Below the pieces are notes generated by a model, which was not told the origin of the DNA, searched no databases, and was given only the letters and a program-made list of their open reading frames with translations. Below are positions 25,210-39,363 of a stretch of DNA of 64,000 bases, piece by piece; position 1 is the stretch's first letter, and every line of letters begins with the position of its first letter. Source of the DNA: Octopus vulgaris (Eukaryota); the NCBI GenBank assembly GCA_951406725.2, contig OX597823.1, forward strand, positions 81,592,001 to 81,656,000. The letters are read 5' to 3'. The position numbers and the translations under genes are program-made.

Positions 25210-25718
25210 GTTTGACTTTTGCTTTACAAGTTGGCTCAAAGTCTCACCCAGAGACCTCAAGAGACAACAAGTTGGAAGTTCATGTTGTTGTTATGCCTAG
25301 TGTGCTATATATTTGGTTTTGTATTTAGTATTTTACTAGTGAATGTCTAAAAAAAACCATACGAAAATTATGTTTGTTTTAAAACTTGAAATTACATAGA
25401 AAGTATTTTGCGTAGGATATGAGCAGTTCCCATGAGCACTATCCTTTGAATTTCTGCCATTTTGGGGTTTCCTGGTATCTGAGTTAGGTAGCAATCAGCC
25501 CCTTTTGCTATCATTCCCAGGGCACCTATGACAACAGGTATTGTTTTAGTCTTCAGGTTCCACATTTTGCTGATTTCTATTTCAAGATCTTTATATTTGC
25601 TCAGTTTTTGGTAGGTCTTGACAGATACGTTTATATTGATTGGGACAGTCATATCAATGAGGAGGCATGTTCTTTGTCTGAAGTCTTTCAATATGATGTC
25701 TGGCCTATTTGCATCTAT
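25208..25718 (-). mobile_element. Second, distinct RLE-type LINE 3' fragment
   Basis: ANRPDIILKD...LLIDMTVP...KLSKYKDLEIEI...VLMGTAHILRKILSM*; different 3' UTR; flanked by (TTA)n. Confidence 0.9.
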
Positions 25719-25719
25719 C

Positions 25720-25783
<64 letters not shown>

Positions 25784-26993
25784 CATTATTATTATCATTA
25801 TTATTATTATTATTATTATTACTATTAAGGCGGAAAGCTGGCAGAATCTTTACTATTTCAGACAAAATGCTTAGCGGCATTTCTTTAAGTTCCGAGTTCA
25901 AAGTCTGCCTAGCTCAACTTTGACTTTTATCATTTGGCGATTGGTAAAATTGAGCACCAAGTGAGCACTGGGCTCAATGCAATCAAATTACATCCTCCTT
26001 TAAAATTGCTGGCCTTGTGCCAAAATTTGAAACCATTACTGTTGTTGTTGTGTAGTGTAGGAGATGGAAAGGGCTGAAGAGAAGTACACTCCTCTTTGGC
26101 CAAGCCCTTATCAATGTTTTCAGGCTTCACTTGAAAAGTAAAGTGTTGAAAGGTTGATGGCAGTGGCAAGCATGACCCTAGTGAATTGACCTGTTCTGAG
26201 CCTACACCTATAAATTGAGGGAGGCAGATAAGAAGACAGTCATCCTAGTGGTCAGGATGACTTTGGTTTTGTAGAGTTGCCATGGGTAGCACATAGAAGT
26301 TTTTGGTCATCAGTCTTTTTTAATTAGAACAAATCTACCTCTTAACAAACACTACAACTAAACTAGCCTTGTGTGTCATCCAAAGAAACACTTATGAGGA
26401 AGAGAGAAACAATATTTGAAGCTCTAACATTGAATTTGACTGCAAAATGCTTGAGCATAAATGGGAGCTAGGATAATTGAGTTGTAGTTACTACTGTTCT
26501 TTATCCCCTATTCAAAGACAACCCAGCTCTTATCATTCAGCCTTCTATTTTTTCTTAGTTTATCTACGACTACGCTATTCAAAATATCTCTACAGGATAT
26601 AATTTAAGGGGTGTTGACTGGTATTTCTAGCAGATTGAATGACTGCAAAGAGGCTTTATTATTCATTTAACTGACACCTGTTGAGTAGTTGTCGTGTATC
26701 AAGGAAGTGCTGCTATTTACTGATCTTAACAGTGATAATGTACACCTTAGGATAGTTTTTTTTTTATCTTTCCCAGATTAATCATCAAAGACTGCAAGCA
26801 GTCCTTGTCTCTGAGGCACCATAGAGCAGTGCATAGAAGTACAGCTGACACGACACCAACAGCCATATTTTTGTCACATCTGTTTTACTGATCTTAACTT
26901 TTATCTCTACATGTAAAAATGATGATGATGATTTATTACATCTTATGCACTTCTAATATTGTAATAATGATAATAACAATAACAATGATAATT

Positions 26994-27310
26994 AGCAAGA
27001 GCACTCAGAGAGCGCAAACCTCCACCAAGGCAACAACAACGTCCTCTCAACAATTAGCCAGAGATGGGTTTTTTTTTTAAATGAGAATATCTGAAATAAA
27101 TTCGACTGCTCTCACAAACAAGAATACTAAAAATGAACCTGACCGCTCTCAAAAATTAAGTAAAAAAGCAAGAAAATAATACAGAATTCTTGTCTGGTAC
27201 TGGATCAATCAGTTTGTGCCAGTCATGAGTCCAAACATCCTTGGAAGTTTCACCCGAATCCCTCCAGCAGTTCTTGAGATCTCACCTCCACCTTTGCTAA
27301 GGCAGAGGCA
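26994..27310. mobile_element. Possible non-autonomous Helentron-like (HINE/DINE-type) element
   Basis: Subterminal ACCTCCACC motif near both ends and a 3' hairpin CCTCCACCTT-TGCT-AAGGCAGAGG; lies within (TAA)n. Confidence 0.35.
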
Positions 27311-27322
27311 ACAATGACAATC

Positions 27323-27377
<55 letters not shown>

Positions 27378-27993
27378 CTATTATTTCTCACAAGGTCAGC
27401 AGTTTTGAGGGTTAAGGGCAAGACAATTACATCGACCCCAATACTTGACTGATACTCTATTTTATTGGATGGGGGTGCGTTTTGCTTGTATATATATACA
27501 TACACATATATATATGTATATGTATGTATATGTATGTATATATTCTCCCTTCATCATCACCCCTCCCTTGTTACCCCACCCTTGCTTCCCCCTACCCCCA
27601 ACACCACCACATTACGCCACACACCACCACAACCACACCACACCACCACACCATATACTACCACACCACACATCACCACACCATACACCACCACACCACA
27701 CACCACCATACCACACCATAGCACACCACATCACACTTTCCACACACACTAGCACTGACCCCTTCCCAACACCTACACCATCATCCACATACCTACACAT
27801 GCACACACTCACACATCAAGGTCACCAGCTCCCTTCTACATGCACATACACGCTCTCACATACACACGTACGCACACCTTCCTTTTGGGATCACCCCTAC
27901 TTTATTATCTCCCCTTCTTTTTAGCTCTGCTGTGCAACTCCTGCTAGCCATTAAACCATTTTCTATTTTCTCTCCCTGTTTATTTCTCTGTTC

Positions 27994-28029
27994 CTTTCTG
28001 TTGAAGAGCATAGGCTCGAAAAGTAAAAG
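27994..28029 (+). ncRNA. Minimal type I hammerhead motif with variant core CUGUUGA
   Basis: cttt-CTGTTGA-a-gagc-atag-gctc-GAAA-ag-TA-aaag; part of the 27800-28120 element homologous to 4110-4500. Confidence 0.6.
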
Positions 28030-28151
28030 ACTTTCTCACTTCTCAAGTGTTAAACTAATACATCTGTTTGTTGTTTATGCACCTGTCTCCATATTTTGTT
28101 TTTTTTTGTAAATTCTCACTATATATGTATTTACATATATATATATATATC

Positions 28152-30137
28152 TCAGGTAATGAAGGTTACAGAGAGGGTCATAGCCCAACTGATTAGGGAG
28201 AGAGTAAACTTGGACGAGATGCAGTTTGGTTTCATGCCAGGGAAAAGCACCACTGATGCCATATTTCTGGTGAGACAGCTGCAGGAGAAATACCTAGCCA
28301 TAGATAAGCCCTTATACCTGGCTTTCGTTGACATGGAGAAAGCCTTTGATAGGGTCCCCCCGATCCCTTATCTGGTGGTCAATGAGGAAACTAGGGATAG
28401 ATGAATGGCTGGTGAGGGCTGTGCAAGCCATGTACAGGGATGCCATAAGTAAGGTTAGGGTTGGCAACATGTACACAGAAGAATTCAAGGTAGAGGTTGG
28501 TGTCCACCAAGGTTCAGTCCTCAGCCCCCTCCTATTTATCATAGTCCTCCAGGCAATTACGGAGGAATTCAAGACAGGTTGCTCCTGGGAGTTCCTCTAT
28601 GCTAACGACCTTGCTCTAATTGCTGAGTCACTATCAGAACTGGAGGAGAAGTTCCAGGTGTGGAAGGAGGGATTAGAATCGAGGGGCCTTAGAGTCAACT
28701 TAGCTAAAACCAAAGTACTAATAAGTAGGAAGGTAGACAAACCACAAATGTCTTCAGGAAGATGGCCCTGCTCAATCTGTAGAAAAGGTGTAGGTAGAAA
28801 CTCTATAAGATGTACCCAGTGTAAGCTATGGACACATAAGAGGTGCAGCAATGTCAAAGGAAGGCTAACTGGGAAGATAGTTTTTGTATGTGGCAGATGC
28901 TCAGGAGCAATAAACTCTGAAAATCTGCAGAAAACAACTTCCGTCACTTTCCAGGGCGAAAAACTAGAAGTAGTTGATAGCTTCCGTTATCTAGGTGACC
29001 AAGTTAGTAGTGGGGGTGGGTGCGCTGAAAGTGTAACTGCTAGAGTAAGAATAGCCTGAGCAAAGTTCAGGGAGCTCTTACCTCTGCTGGTCACTAAAGG
29101 CCTTTCGCTCAGAGTAAAAGGCAGACTGTATGATGCATGTGTACGAACAGCCATGCTACATGGCAGTGAAACATGGGCCATGACTGCTGAGGACATGCAT
29201 AAGCTCGCGAGGAATGAAGCCAGTATGCTCCGATGGATGTGTAATGTCAGTGTGCATACTCGACAGAGCGTTAGTACCTTGAGAGAAATGTTGGACCTAA
29301 GAAGCATCAGTTGTGGTGTGCAAGAGAGACAATTGCGCTGGTATGGTCATGTGGCGAGAATGGATGAAGATAAGTGTGTGAAAAAGTGCCAATCCCTAGC
29401 AGTTGAGGGAACCCGTGGAAGAGGTAGACCCAGGAAAACCTGGGACGAGGTGGTGAAGCACGACCTTCGAACTTTAGGCCTCACTGAGGAAATGACCAGC
29501 GACCGAGACCTTTGGAAATATGCTGTGCGTGAGAAGACCAGGCAGGACAAGTGAGTCCAGCCCACTTATGCATGCCTTTCCTCCCTTGGACACACAAAGA
29601 CCTGTTGAGGCAAGTGAAGTCGAAATTGAACCTCATCCGACGACAGGCACCCATGCCAACCCCGCTTTGCTTGCAAAGACCTGTTGGGGCAAGTGAAATC
29701 GAAATCGGAATCGAAATTGAGCCAATCCTATGACTGGCTCCCGGCAGATGCCAGGACCCCTGGACTGGTGGTACGTAAAAAGCACTATCCGAATCGTGGC
29801 TGATGCCAGCACCGCTTCGACTGGCGTAAAAAGCACCATCCGAATCGTGGCCAATGCCAGTGACGTCCCGACTGGCTTCCGTGCCGGTGGCACGTAAAAT
29901 GCACAAATCCGACCGTGGCCGTTGCCAGCCTCGCCTGGCACTTGTGCAGGTGGCAAGTAAAAAGCACCCACTACACTCACGGAGTGGTTGGCGTTAGGAA
30001 GGGCATCCAGCTGTAGAAACACTGCCAGGTAAGACTGGAGCCTGGTGCAGCCTTCTGGCTTCCCAGATCCCTGGTCGAACCGTCCAACCCATGCTAGCAT
30101 GGAGAACGAACGTTAAACGATGATGATGATGATGATG
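28152..30137 (+). mobile_element. 5'-truncated RTE-clade LINE; reverse transcriptase pseudogene plus 3' UTR
   Basis: QFGFMPGKSTTDAIF, AFVDMEKAFDRVP, GVHQGSVLSPLLF, YAND (for YADD), FRYLG, LRWYGHV, RGRGRPRKTW; frameshift near 28360, stop at 29057; (GAT)n tail. Confidence 0.96.
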
Positions 30138-30203
30138 ATATATATACATATACATATGTATACACACACACACACAAATATAGATATATACATATACACA
30201 TAT

Positions 30204-30240
<37 letters not shown>

Positions 30241-30932
30241 GGTTTCACATTTTGGGGCAAAGTTAGCAATTTTGAGGGAGAGGATAAGTCAAGTACATCA
30301 AACCCAGTGATCAGCTGGTACTTACTTTATTGATGTTGAAAAGATGAAAGACATACATACGTACATACATACATACATACATACATACATACATTCATAC
30401 ATATAGACACAAACATTCTTCTCTCTTATCTCTCTCACTGCATTTGTCTCTCTATCTTTCTTATGACAACCTTGAGAATAAATGTATTAAAACAAAAAAA
30501 ATGTAATTCCTGAAAAATGTGATGGCTGCAAGAGTATATGTACTGCAAAATGGCTATATAGTAAACGAGAGCTAATTAGTTGTCATAACGACATCCAATA
30601 ATCATTGATTAACAATGACTGAATAATAACGTGAGAGAAGAATAAGAAAATGAAGATGGGGATGAGAAAATATAGATATTTTGATATTTTGTGATGCTGC
30701 TGAAAGAAAGATTCACACAGCGACTAAGTTAGCTGTATTAGTGATAATATGACACTTGGTCTAAATGTTGAGTTTTTACATGGGTCCTACTATTTCGTCT
30801 GACAGCTTTACATAGCAAGGGATATTTTGTCTGTACAAAACAGTGAAATAATTCATGAAGTCAATTTAATAATTCTTACAAGGTATAGTAGAGAGTGTTT
30901 TTCTTTTCTCATTTCTTATATCTAAACTAATG

Positions 30933-30977
<45 letters not shown>

Positions 30978-31072
30978 TAATGATAATATAGAAATTGCTT
31001 TAGTTAATTGGATGAATAATTTTTGGAGCTGATATGCTTATATCTAAATTTCTTTGAGGTTTGAGATAAAAG

Positions 31073-31660
31073 AGATGATGATGATGATTGTGGTGGTAGT
31101 AGTGGTGATGATGATGATGATGATAGTGGTGTTGATGGTGGTGGTGGTGGTGGTGATGATGATGATGATGGTGGTGGTGGTAGTGGTGGTGGTGATGGTG
31201 GTGGTGGTGGTGATAGTGGTGGCAATGGTGATGGTGATGAAGATGATGATGGTGATGGTGATGGTGGTATTGGTGGTGCTGGTGGCAATGGTGGCAATGA
31301 AGATGGTGGTGGTGGTGGTGGTGATGATGATGGTGGTGGTGGAGGTGGTGGTGGTGGTGATGGTGATGGTGATAAAGATGATGATGATGATGTTGATGGT
31401 GGTGGCGATGGTGGTGGTGCTGGTGGCAATGGTGGCGATGAAGATGGTGGTGGTGGTGGTGGCAGTGACAGCAATAATGATGATGATGATGACAATGATG
31501 CTGGTGGGTGCAAGTAGTTGTGGTAATGGTGGTGCTGGTGTTGGTGGTGATAATAATTATGTCAACAATAACAACAGTGACACCAGTGATGGTGGTGGCA
31601 GTGGTTGTGGTGGTGGTGGTGGTTGCTGATGGTGCTGCCTCTGTTGCTGGCAGTGGTAGC
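31073..31660. repeat. Compound (GGT)n/(GAT)n trinucleotide tract
   Basis: Direct reading. Confidence 0.95.
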
Positions 31661-31979
31661 AGTAATAGTTCAATTTATCCTTTATAAGGAGCTAATTACT
31701 CCTATAACATTATTGGAGTAATAAACTGGTATTAACATAAAACCCTGATCCTCTTCACTCTTCCCTCTCCTCCTCTTCCACTTCCTTCTCATTTTAACAA
31801 CTTCTTCTCCATACCAAAAAGGTGCAGCTTTTATATACATCTTGAGCCAATGTCACCTCAATCTTAGGTTCAATCCCACTGGCTGATATTTTGGGCATAT
31901 ATCTTTTAGCATAACTTTGGGTCAAACAATGATTTCTTAGTTAGATTGGGCAAATAGAAATATTGTGAAAGCCCAACAT

Positions 31980-32690
31980 GTGCAGGAGTGGCTGTGTGGT
32001 AAGTAGCTTGCTTACCAGCCACATGGTTCCAGGTTCAGTCCCACTGCATTGTACCTTGGGCAAGTGTCTTCTACTATAGCCTCGGGCCGACCAAAGCCTT
32101 GTGAGTAGATTTGGTAGACAGAAACTGAAAGAAGCCCATCTTCATCATTTAACGTCTGCTTTCCATGCTAGCATGGGTTGGACGGTTCAACTGGGGTCTG
32201 TGAAGCCCGAAGGCTGCACCAGGTCAGTCAGATCTGGCAGTGTTTCTACAGCTGGATGCCCTTCCTAACGCCAACCACTCCATGAGTGTAGTGGGTGCTT
32301 TTTATGTGCCACCGACACAGGTGCCAGATGAGGCTGGCGAACGGCCACGCTCAGATGGTGCTTTTTACGTGCCACTGGCACGGAGGCCAGGCAAGGCTGG
32401 CAACGGCCACAATCGGATGGTGTTTGTTACGTGCCACCAGCACGGAGGCCAGTCGATGCAGTGATATGTGTGTGTGTTTGTATATGTTTGTGTGTCTGTG
32501 TTTGTCCCCTCAACATTGCTTGACAACCGATGCTGGTGTGTTTACATCCCCGTAACTTAGCGGTTTGGCAAAAGAGACTGATAGAATAAGTACTAGGCTT
32601 ACAAAGAATAAGTCCTGGGGTTGATTTGCGCGACTAAAGGCAGTGCTCCAGCATGGCTGCAGTCAAATGACTGAAACAAATAAAAGAATG
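31980..32690 (+). mobile_element. SINE B with an antisense RTE 3' end inserted at its internal microsatellite
   Basis: Head 31980-32140, RTE end 32141-32460 (-), SINE 3' half 32465-32690. Confidence 0.85.
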
Positions 32691-33391
32691 TGTATATCTA
32701 TATATCTTTGAGAAAGAGTGGCACACACTATCAAAATGATATTGGGGTACAAATATGTGCAGCATAATTACCAGTCATGACTACCTCTTCGATATGAGTA
32801 CAACAAGCACATGCATCACAATAATATGTGCACTTCATGTATGTATGTATATATGTATGTATATATGTATGTATATATGTATGTATGTATGTCATTGTTC
32901 AGTTTTATTTCAATATTTCTTGCCAATAGAGAAAGAGTCAGTTTCTAACCTAAATTCAAGGCTCCTTCATTGGAATTTCAGCATCAACAGCAGGGTATTT
33001 TTGTATGTATGTATGTATGTATGTATGCATGCATGTATGTATGTATGCATGCATGCATGCATGTATGTATGCATGTATGTATGCATGTATGTATGTATGT
33101 GTGTATGTATATATGTATGTATGTATACTCTTTACTCTTTTACTCTTTTACTTGTTTCAGTCATTTGAAGGTGACCATGCTGGAGCACCGCCTTTAGTCG
33201 AGCAAATCGACCCCAGGACTTATTCTTTGTAAGCCTAGTACTTATTCTATCAGTCTCTTTTTTGCCGAACCGCTAAGTTACTGGGATGTAGACACACCAG
33301 CTTGGTTGTCAAGCAATGTTGGGAGGTGGAGGACAAACACAGACATACAAACACATACACACACACACATACATACATATACATATATATA

Positions 33392-33444
<53 letters not shown>

Positions 33445-34094
33445 TTACGACAGGCTTCTTTCAGTTTCTGTCTACCAATCCACTAACAAGGCTTTGGTCG
33501 GTCCGATGTTATAGTAGAAGACACTTGCCACACAGCCACTCCTACGCCTAGTATGTATGTATGTATGTGTGTAGATTTAGATGTTTTGCTTTATGTATGT
33601 ATTCTCATGCATTTAGTTGTATATCTAGACATGCTCATATATACTTAAATGATAAACTCCTGGAAAGTTTTACAGATTTTTACAGTTCTAGAGATGGATT
33701 GGATCTATATTCTTCTAATTAGCTTTCTCCTTTCTGGTACATACGCATGTATGTATGTATGTAATTGAATATGTATGTATGCATGTATGTGTGTGTGTGT
33801 CTATGTATGTATGGATATATGTATGTCTCTTCTATTTTTTATTATTATAAATCTTTCACTGAGGAAGGAGCCCGCTTCCAACAAAGATACAAGGCTCCTT
33901 CTTTGGGATGTAGTTAACACAGACAAGTTCACCTTTGGAACTTGAGAAAAGTCTTGCATATTTTTACTGTTTCACTCACAGATTGCACTTGTAATGCACG
34001 AATTAGCTGGTTGATTTCTCTTTCTGGAAATCCCAATGTATACATGTATGTATGTATGTATGTATGTACGTATGTATGTATGTATGTATGTATG

Positions 34095-34126
<32 letters not shown>

Positions 34127-34196
34127 TGTATGTATGTATGTATGTATGTATGTATGTATGTATGTATGTGTGTGTGTATGTGTGTATGTATGTATG

Positions 34197-34227
<31 letters not shown>

Positions 34228-34439
34228 GTAAGCATGCATGCTTGTATGTATGTATGCATTTATTACAGGGCAAAGATACTCTAACATAAATCATGCAGTC
34301 AAAACAGTTACCAGTCATCTTACGATGCTTGTCACTGGAACCTACTATGGCCACTGAAAAAGTGGCAAAAGTGTTGTACAAGCATTTGTCACTTAAATCC
34401 AGTGGGGTACAGATGTCTTACTATCATATCATTTCTTTA

Positions 34440-35010
34440 TCTTTTTCGTATTTTATAAAGTTGTTTGTGGGCTATGGTTAGTGTGACATAGATGGACAGG
34501 ATGAGGAATGTGGAGGTGCAAAGGTGAGCAGGAATGTGAGAAAATCTAACAACCAGAATGGATAGACGATTGTTGAATTGGTCTGGCCACATGGAGAGGA
34601 TGGATGATGAGCGGATAGTAAGGTGGGTGATGAAGGCAGAAGTGGTAGGTAGCAAAACCAGAAGCAGACCTTGGTTTGTGTGGATGGATGGAATGAGGAA
34701 AGCTTTCGTGGTTAGAGGTGTTGGAATGAGAGAGGCAAGAGTTTATAAGTGATAGGAAAGCTAGGAGAGTGTTTGTAGATGGATGAGTGAATTAGCTCAA
34801 AGGGGTACAGAACCAACATGATGCAGAGGGGTTAAACCAGAATATGCTGTCGGGCCCTGCTGCTGATATTGGGGATTGCATTCTATGCCTTGACCCAAGC
34901 ATAGGACAGGGCTCGCCTCTTTGAGCTGGTAAATGAATGGAATGCCTGTGTGTGTCTTGTTGTGGTTACCCCCTCATAAAAAAAAAAATAATGGGGAATA
35001 GGCCTGGGTA
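34440..35010 (+). mobile_element. RTE-like LINE C-terminal fragment (second family)
   Basis: LLNWSGHMERMDDERIVRWVMKAEVVGSKTRSRPWFVWMD. Confidence 0.85.
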
Positions 35011-35640
35011 TATATAATTTTATAAAGTTTTCTGGTGGTGGATGCATGACATGAAAAATCTTATTCCTGTACCTGTAAGGATGAAAGTAAAGCAGAACAA
35101 TCAGGCTGAATGTAAGATGGCTATCATCTGACTAGATGAGGCAATCATTATGTATTTATATGTGCATGTATGTTTTGTTGCATGCATGCATGGACATAAA
35201 TATGTGTGAATACGAAGTTGTGTAACCTATGAATTAAGTTATTTGGTTCATGATCATAATTTTGAAGGTTCAATTCTGGCATGCTATGTTGTTGTTTCAT
35301 ATTACTTTTGTCTATAAGGACCACTGAGAATGAGAACTACTCGAGTGCTGGTAGATCTCTCTCTCTCTCTCTCTCTACCTCTCTCTGTGTCTCCCTATCT
35401 CTGTCTCCCTCTCTCTCTCTCTCCTTCCAACTGTGGCATCCTGAATGTGCTGTTGGGTTAAAGAATGTGATGGTTACAAATGTGAATTTGTCTGTGTTAA
35501 CTACATCACAAAGATGGAGCCTTGTATCTTTGTTGGAAACCGGCTCCCTCCTCAGTGGAACATTTATAATAATTAAAAAAATAGAAGAGACATACATATG
35601 TTCATACATGCATATATCCATACATACATACATACATACA

Positions 35641-35673
<33 letters not shown>

Positions 35674-35710
35674 GCATACATATATGCATACATACATACA
35701 TGCATATGTG

Positions 35711-35741
<31 letters not shown>

Positions 35742-36079
35742 GTGTGTCAAGCTTCCACAATGCCTCTCTACACCAAATTTCACCTCAGGGGCGTAGGGTT
35801 AATCTGTGATTCCAGAAAGGTATAGTTGGCCATGACGTCAGGCATTGGGTTTGAACATATAGCATGCATGTATATTTGTGTAGATCAGTAAAAGATAAAC
35901 ATAGAGACAAGAAAAACCAATAAACTGGTATTTTGGACAAAAATATTTTCTGGCATTTCTTCCACCCAAATTGTGCAACACCCCTGCCAGCTGAAATGCA
36001 ATGAATTTGTGATTGGTCTGTTGGAAATCAATAACCAATGATGCTTTCACTCACAAAATGTGGCTTATAACAATGTTTA

Positions 36080-36830
<751 letters not shown>

Positions 36831-37581
36831 TATGCATACATGTACATTACATAAGAAAAATATATAAAGGACCGTCCAAAATATTTTTTGGCAAGTGAAA
36901 TAGTAAATATGTAAATATGCCTTCACATAAAACAGATAAAGCTGTTTGGCAAACATACTACATACATAATGTTTCAATTTATTATATTCAGAAATTTGGA
37001 CATTATATTTCTATGCAGCATTATATCAGCCATTTGTATTATATATCTGTACATTTTCTGGTCATCTCTTTTGAATATGGCTGATCAATATATTTGATAT
37101 CCAGCCAAATTCCTCAGCTCTTGCGCTCAGCTTTTCTCATAAATATACAATATTATCTTATATTATCTTAACATGGTCATCATAGAGCTTAAGCTTTGCA
37201 GTTTGCTAAGTTTATAGACTGTTGGAATACTGGTGGATACATGGTTGAGAGTTCCTATCTCATTGCTGGTACTGTGCTGTGTTAATAACCAAACAATGGA
37301 CAGTATGGTGGAAAAAATTAGATAGCATGCATGACTGCAACTCATTGTATATGTTAACAAGGGGAGGTCATCCATAGTTGATTGGTTTGCTAGAAATGGC
37401 AACCAAATCTCCTTCGCGTCAAACCCCTGTTATTTTAAACAAGGATGAATATATTTGCATTGTGTACTCTTAAATACACTCATGGGAAAAGTTGTGAAAT
37501 GTTATAGCTGGAATGCCTTTGGTTCTACGTTTGCTTAATCATGAATTTAAATAACATTCATAGATGCAACTGTAGCATCAA

Positions 37582-37850
<269 letters not shown>

Positions 37851-39083
37851 ATACCCTGATGCAGTACCAGGCAGTGGCTCTCATGGCTTCTGATCTTAAC
37901 TGATTGGAAGTGTTATCATGTACATTGTTTTGTCTTGGTATAAAAGATGGGCTACAGCAAATATTCTGCTCAATACCACAGATTTGCTTGTCAGTTGTTT
38001 GACCTTAACCAGTTGACCATGTCCCTTAGTGGCTGACAATATGTGCATCTCTGATCATGAGCTGAAGTAGTTGGGGAGCATCATGTGTTGAGAGGGATTT
38101 TTCAGGGTTTGAATAATTCACCTCTGGAAACATGGGTGTTTTGTTCAACGGCCTTAAACAAATGAAAAATCCAGATGATGAAGGAATATAATAACTGATG
38201 AACTGCTGCAAGACCAGTTCTACTTATGGCATTGGTTGGCTTGGGGTTAGAGTAAAAGAAAATTATACCAATTACTTGTATAATTACAGAGTTTTTCCTT
38301 ACCTTACTGTTCTTAGTTCAAGTTCTCCCATAGCACAATCAAGACTGGAACTGTAACAGAAGTCTTACTGCGATCCAATCTGACTTATTCCATAATCACT
38401 TACGCCAGAATAAACTTGATATGAATAAATCTTGATATAAATAAAACTTGATATGAATAAAACATCAGTTTCAAGCATAAATTTCGATATGATACAGGAA
38501 CAGGAAAAAAATAAAATCGAAGAAGTGAAGAAACTCATAATACAACACGAATATAAGTGATAAGAAAAAAAATGTTATTATATAATTTTTTTATGACAAT
38601 TTCCCATTAAAATCGCAATTTTATGATATTTTCTCATATTTTTGTCACGTCATAAAATGGTATTTCTGTACAATTCATTTACAATCTTCTCTCCTTGTAG
38701 AATTTACTATGCATAATATTTTCTTATGTTAGTTACTTCTGAAACAAAAATTACAATGTAACTCAACCATAACTACAACTGTTGCTATAAGGATGACAAA
38801 AAATTTGATAGACTAAAACAGATGTTGGCATTGTTATTGTTGCTGTCATTGTTGTTGTTGTTGTTAACATTTAAGCAGACTTGTGATTAAAGGCATTCCA
38901 GCCATGACAACATCTCCTTCTTTTTATGAAATATAAGTGCAGGCATGGCTATGCGGTACAAAGTTGGCTTCCTAACTACACAATTTCATGTTCAGTTCTA
39001 CTGTATGGCACCTTGGGCAAATATCTTCTATGATAGCCCTGGATCATCTTAGCCTTTGCAAATGGATACGCACACACACACAC

Positions 39084-39116
<33 letters not shown>

Positions 39117-39118
39117 CA

Positions 39119-39150
<32 letters not shown>

Positions 39151-39363
39151 AATGTGACCGTGTGTGTACCGTTGGCGATTTTTTTCTCCTCCGTCTTCTC
39201 TTCTCTGGATCTTTCCTTTTCCTATGTTTCTGACGAAGAGCTCCGCTCGAAACGTTAAACCCTCCTTCTTCCCTTCCTTCCTGAGCATCCAATAATACTA
39301 TATTTGTTCCACGTCCTCGCGTTGTTGTGTTTTCTCTTTGTGTTTTCATGTTTGGATTAACTT
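39151..39363 (+). mobile_element. About 210-bp hammerhead-bearing element inserted in a (TA)/(TACA) microsatellite
   Basis: CpG-retaining, apparently young sequence between microsatellites; contains the 39226-39260 motif. Confidence 0.75.
39226..39260 (+). ncRNA. Minimal type I hammerhead ribozyme (dimer-dependent form)
   Basis: gttt-CTGACGA-a-gagc-tcc-gctc-GAAA-cg-TT-aaac: stem I gttt/aaac, stem II gagc/gctc, palindromic AACGTT as stem III, GUU cleavage triplet. Confidence 0.8.

Noticed and set aside
31004-31629. Pro/Ser-rich and Val/Met-rich ORFs
   Set aside because: Read-through of a (GGT)/(GAT) repeat.
37851-38160. Unique-looking segment after a (TAA)n tract
   Set aside because: Probably a repeat, but there is no second copy or diagnostic motif in this window, so it was left uncalled.
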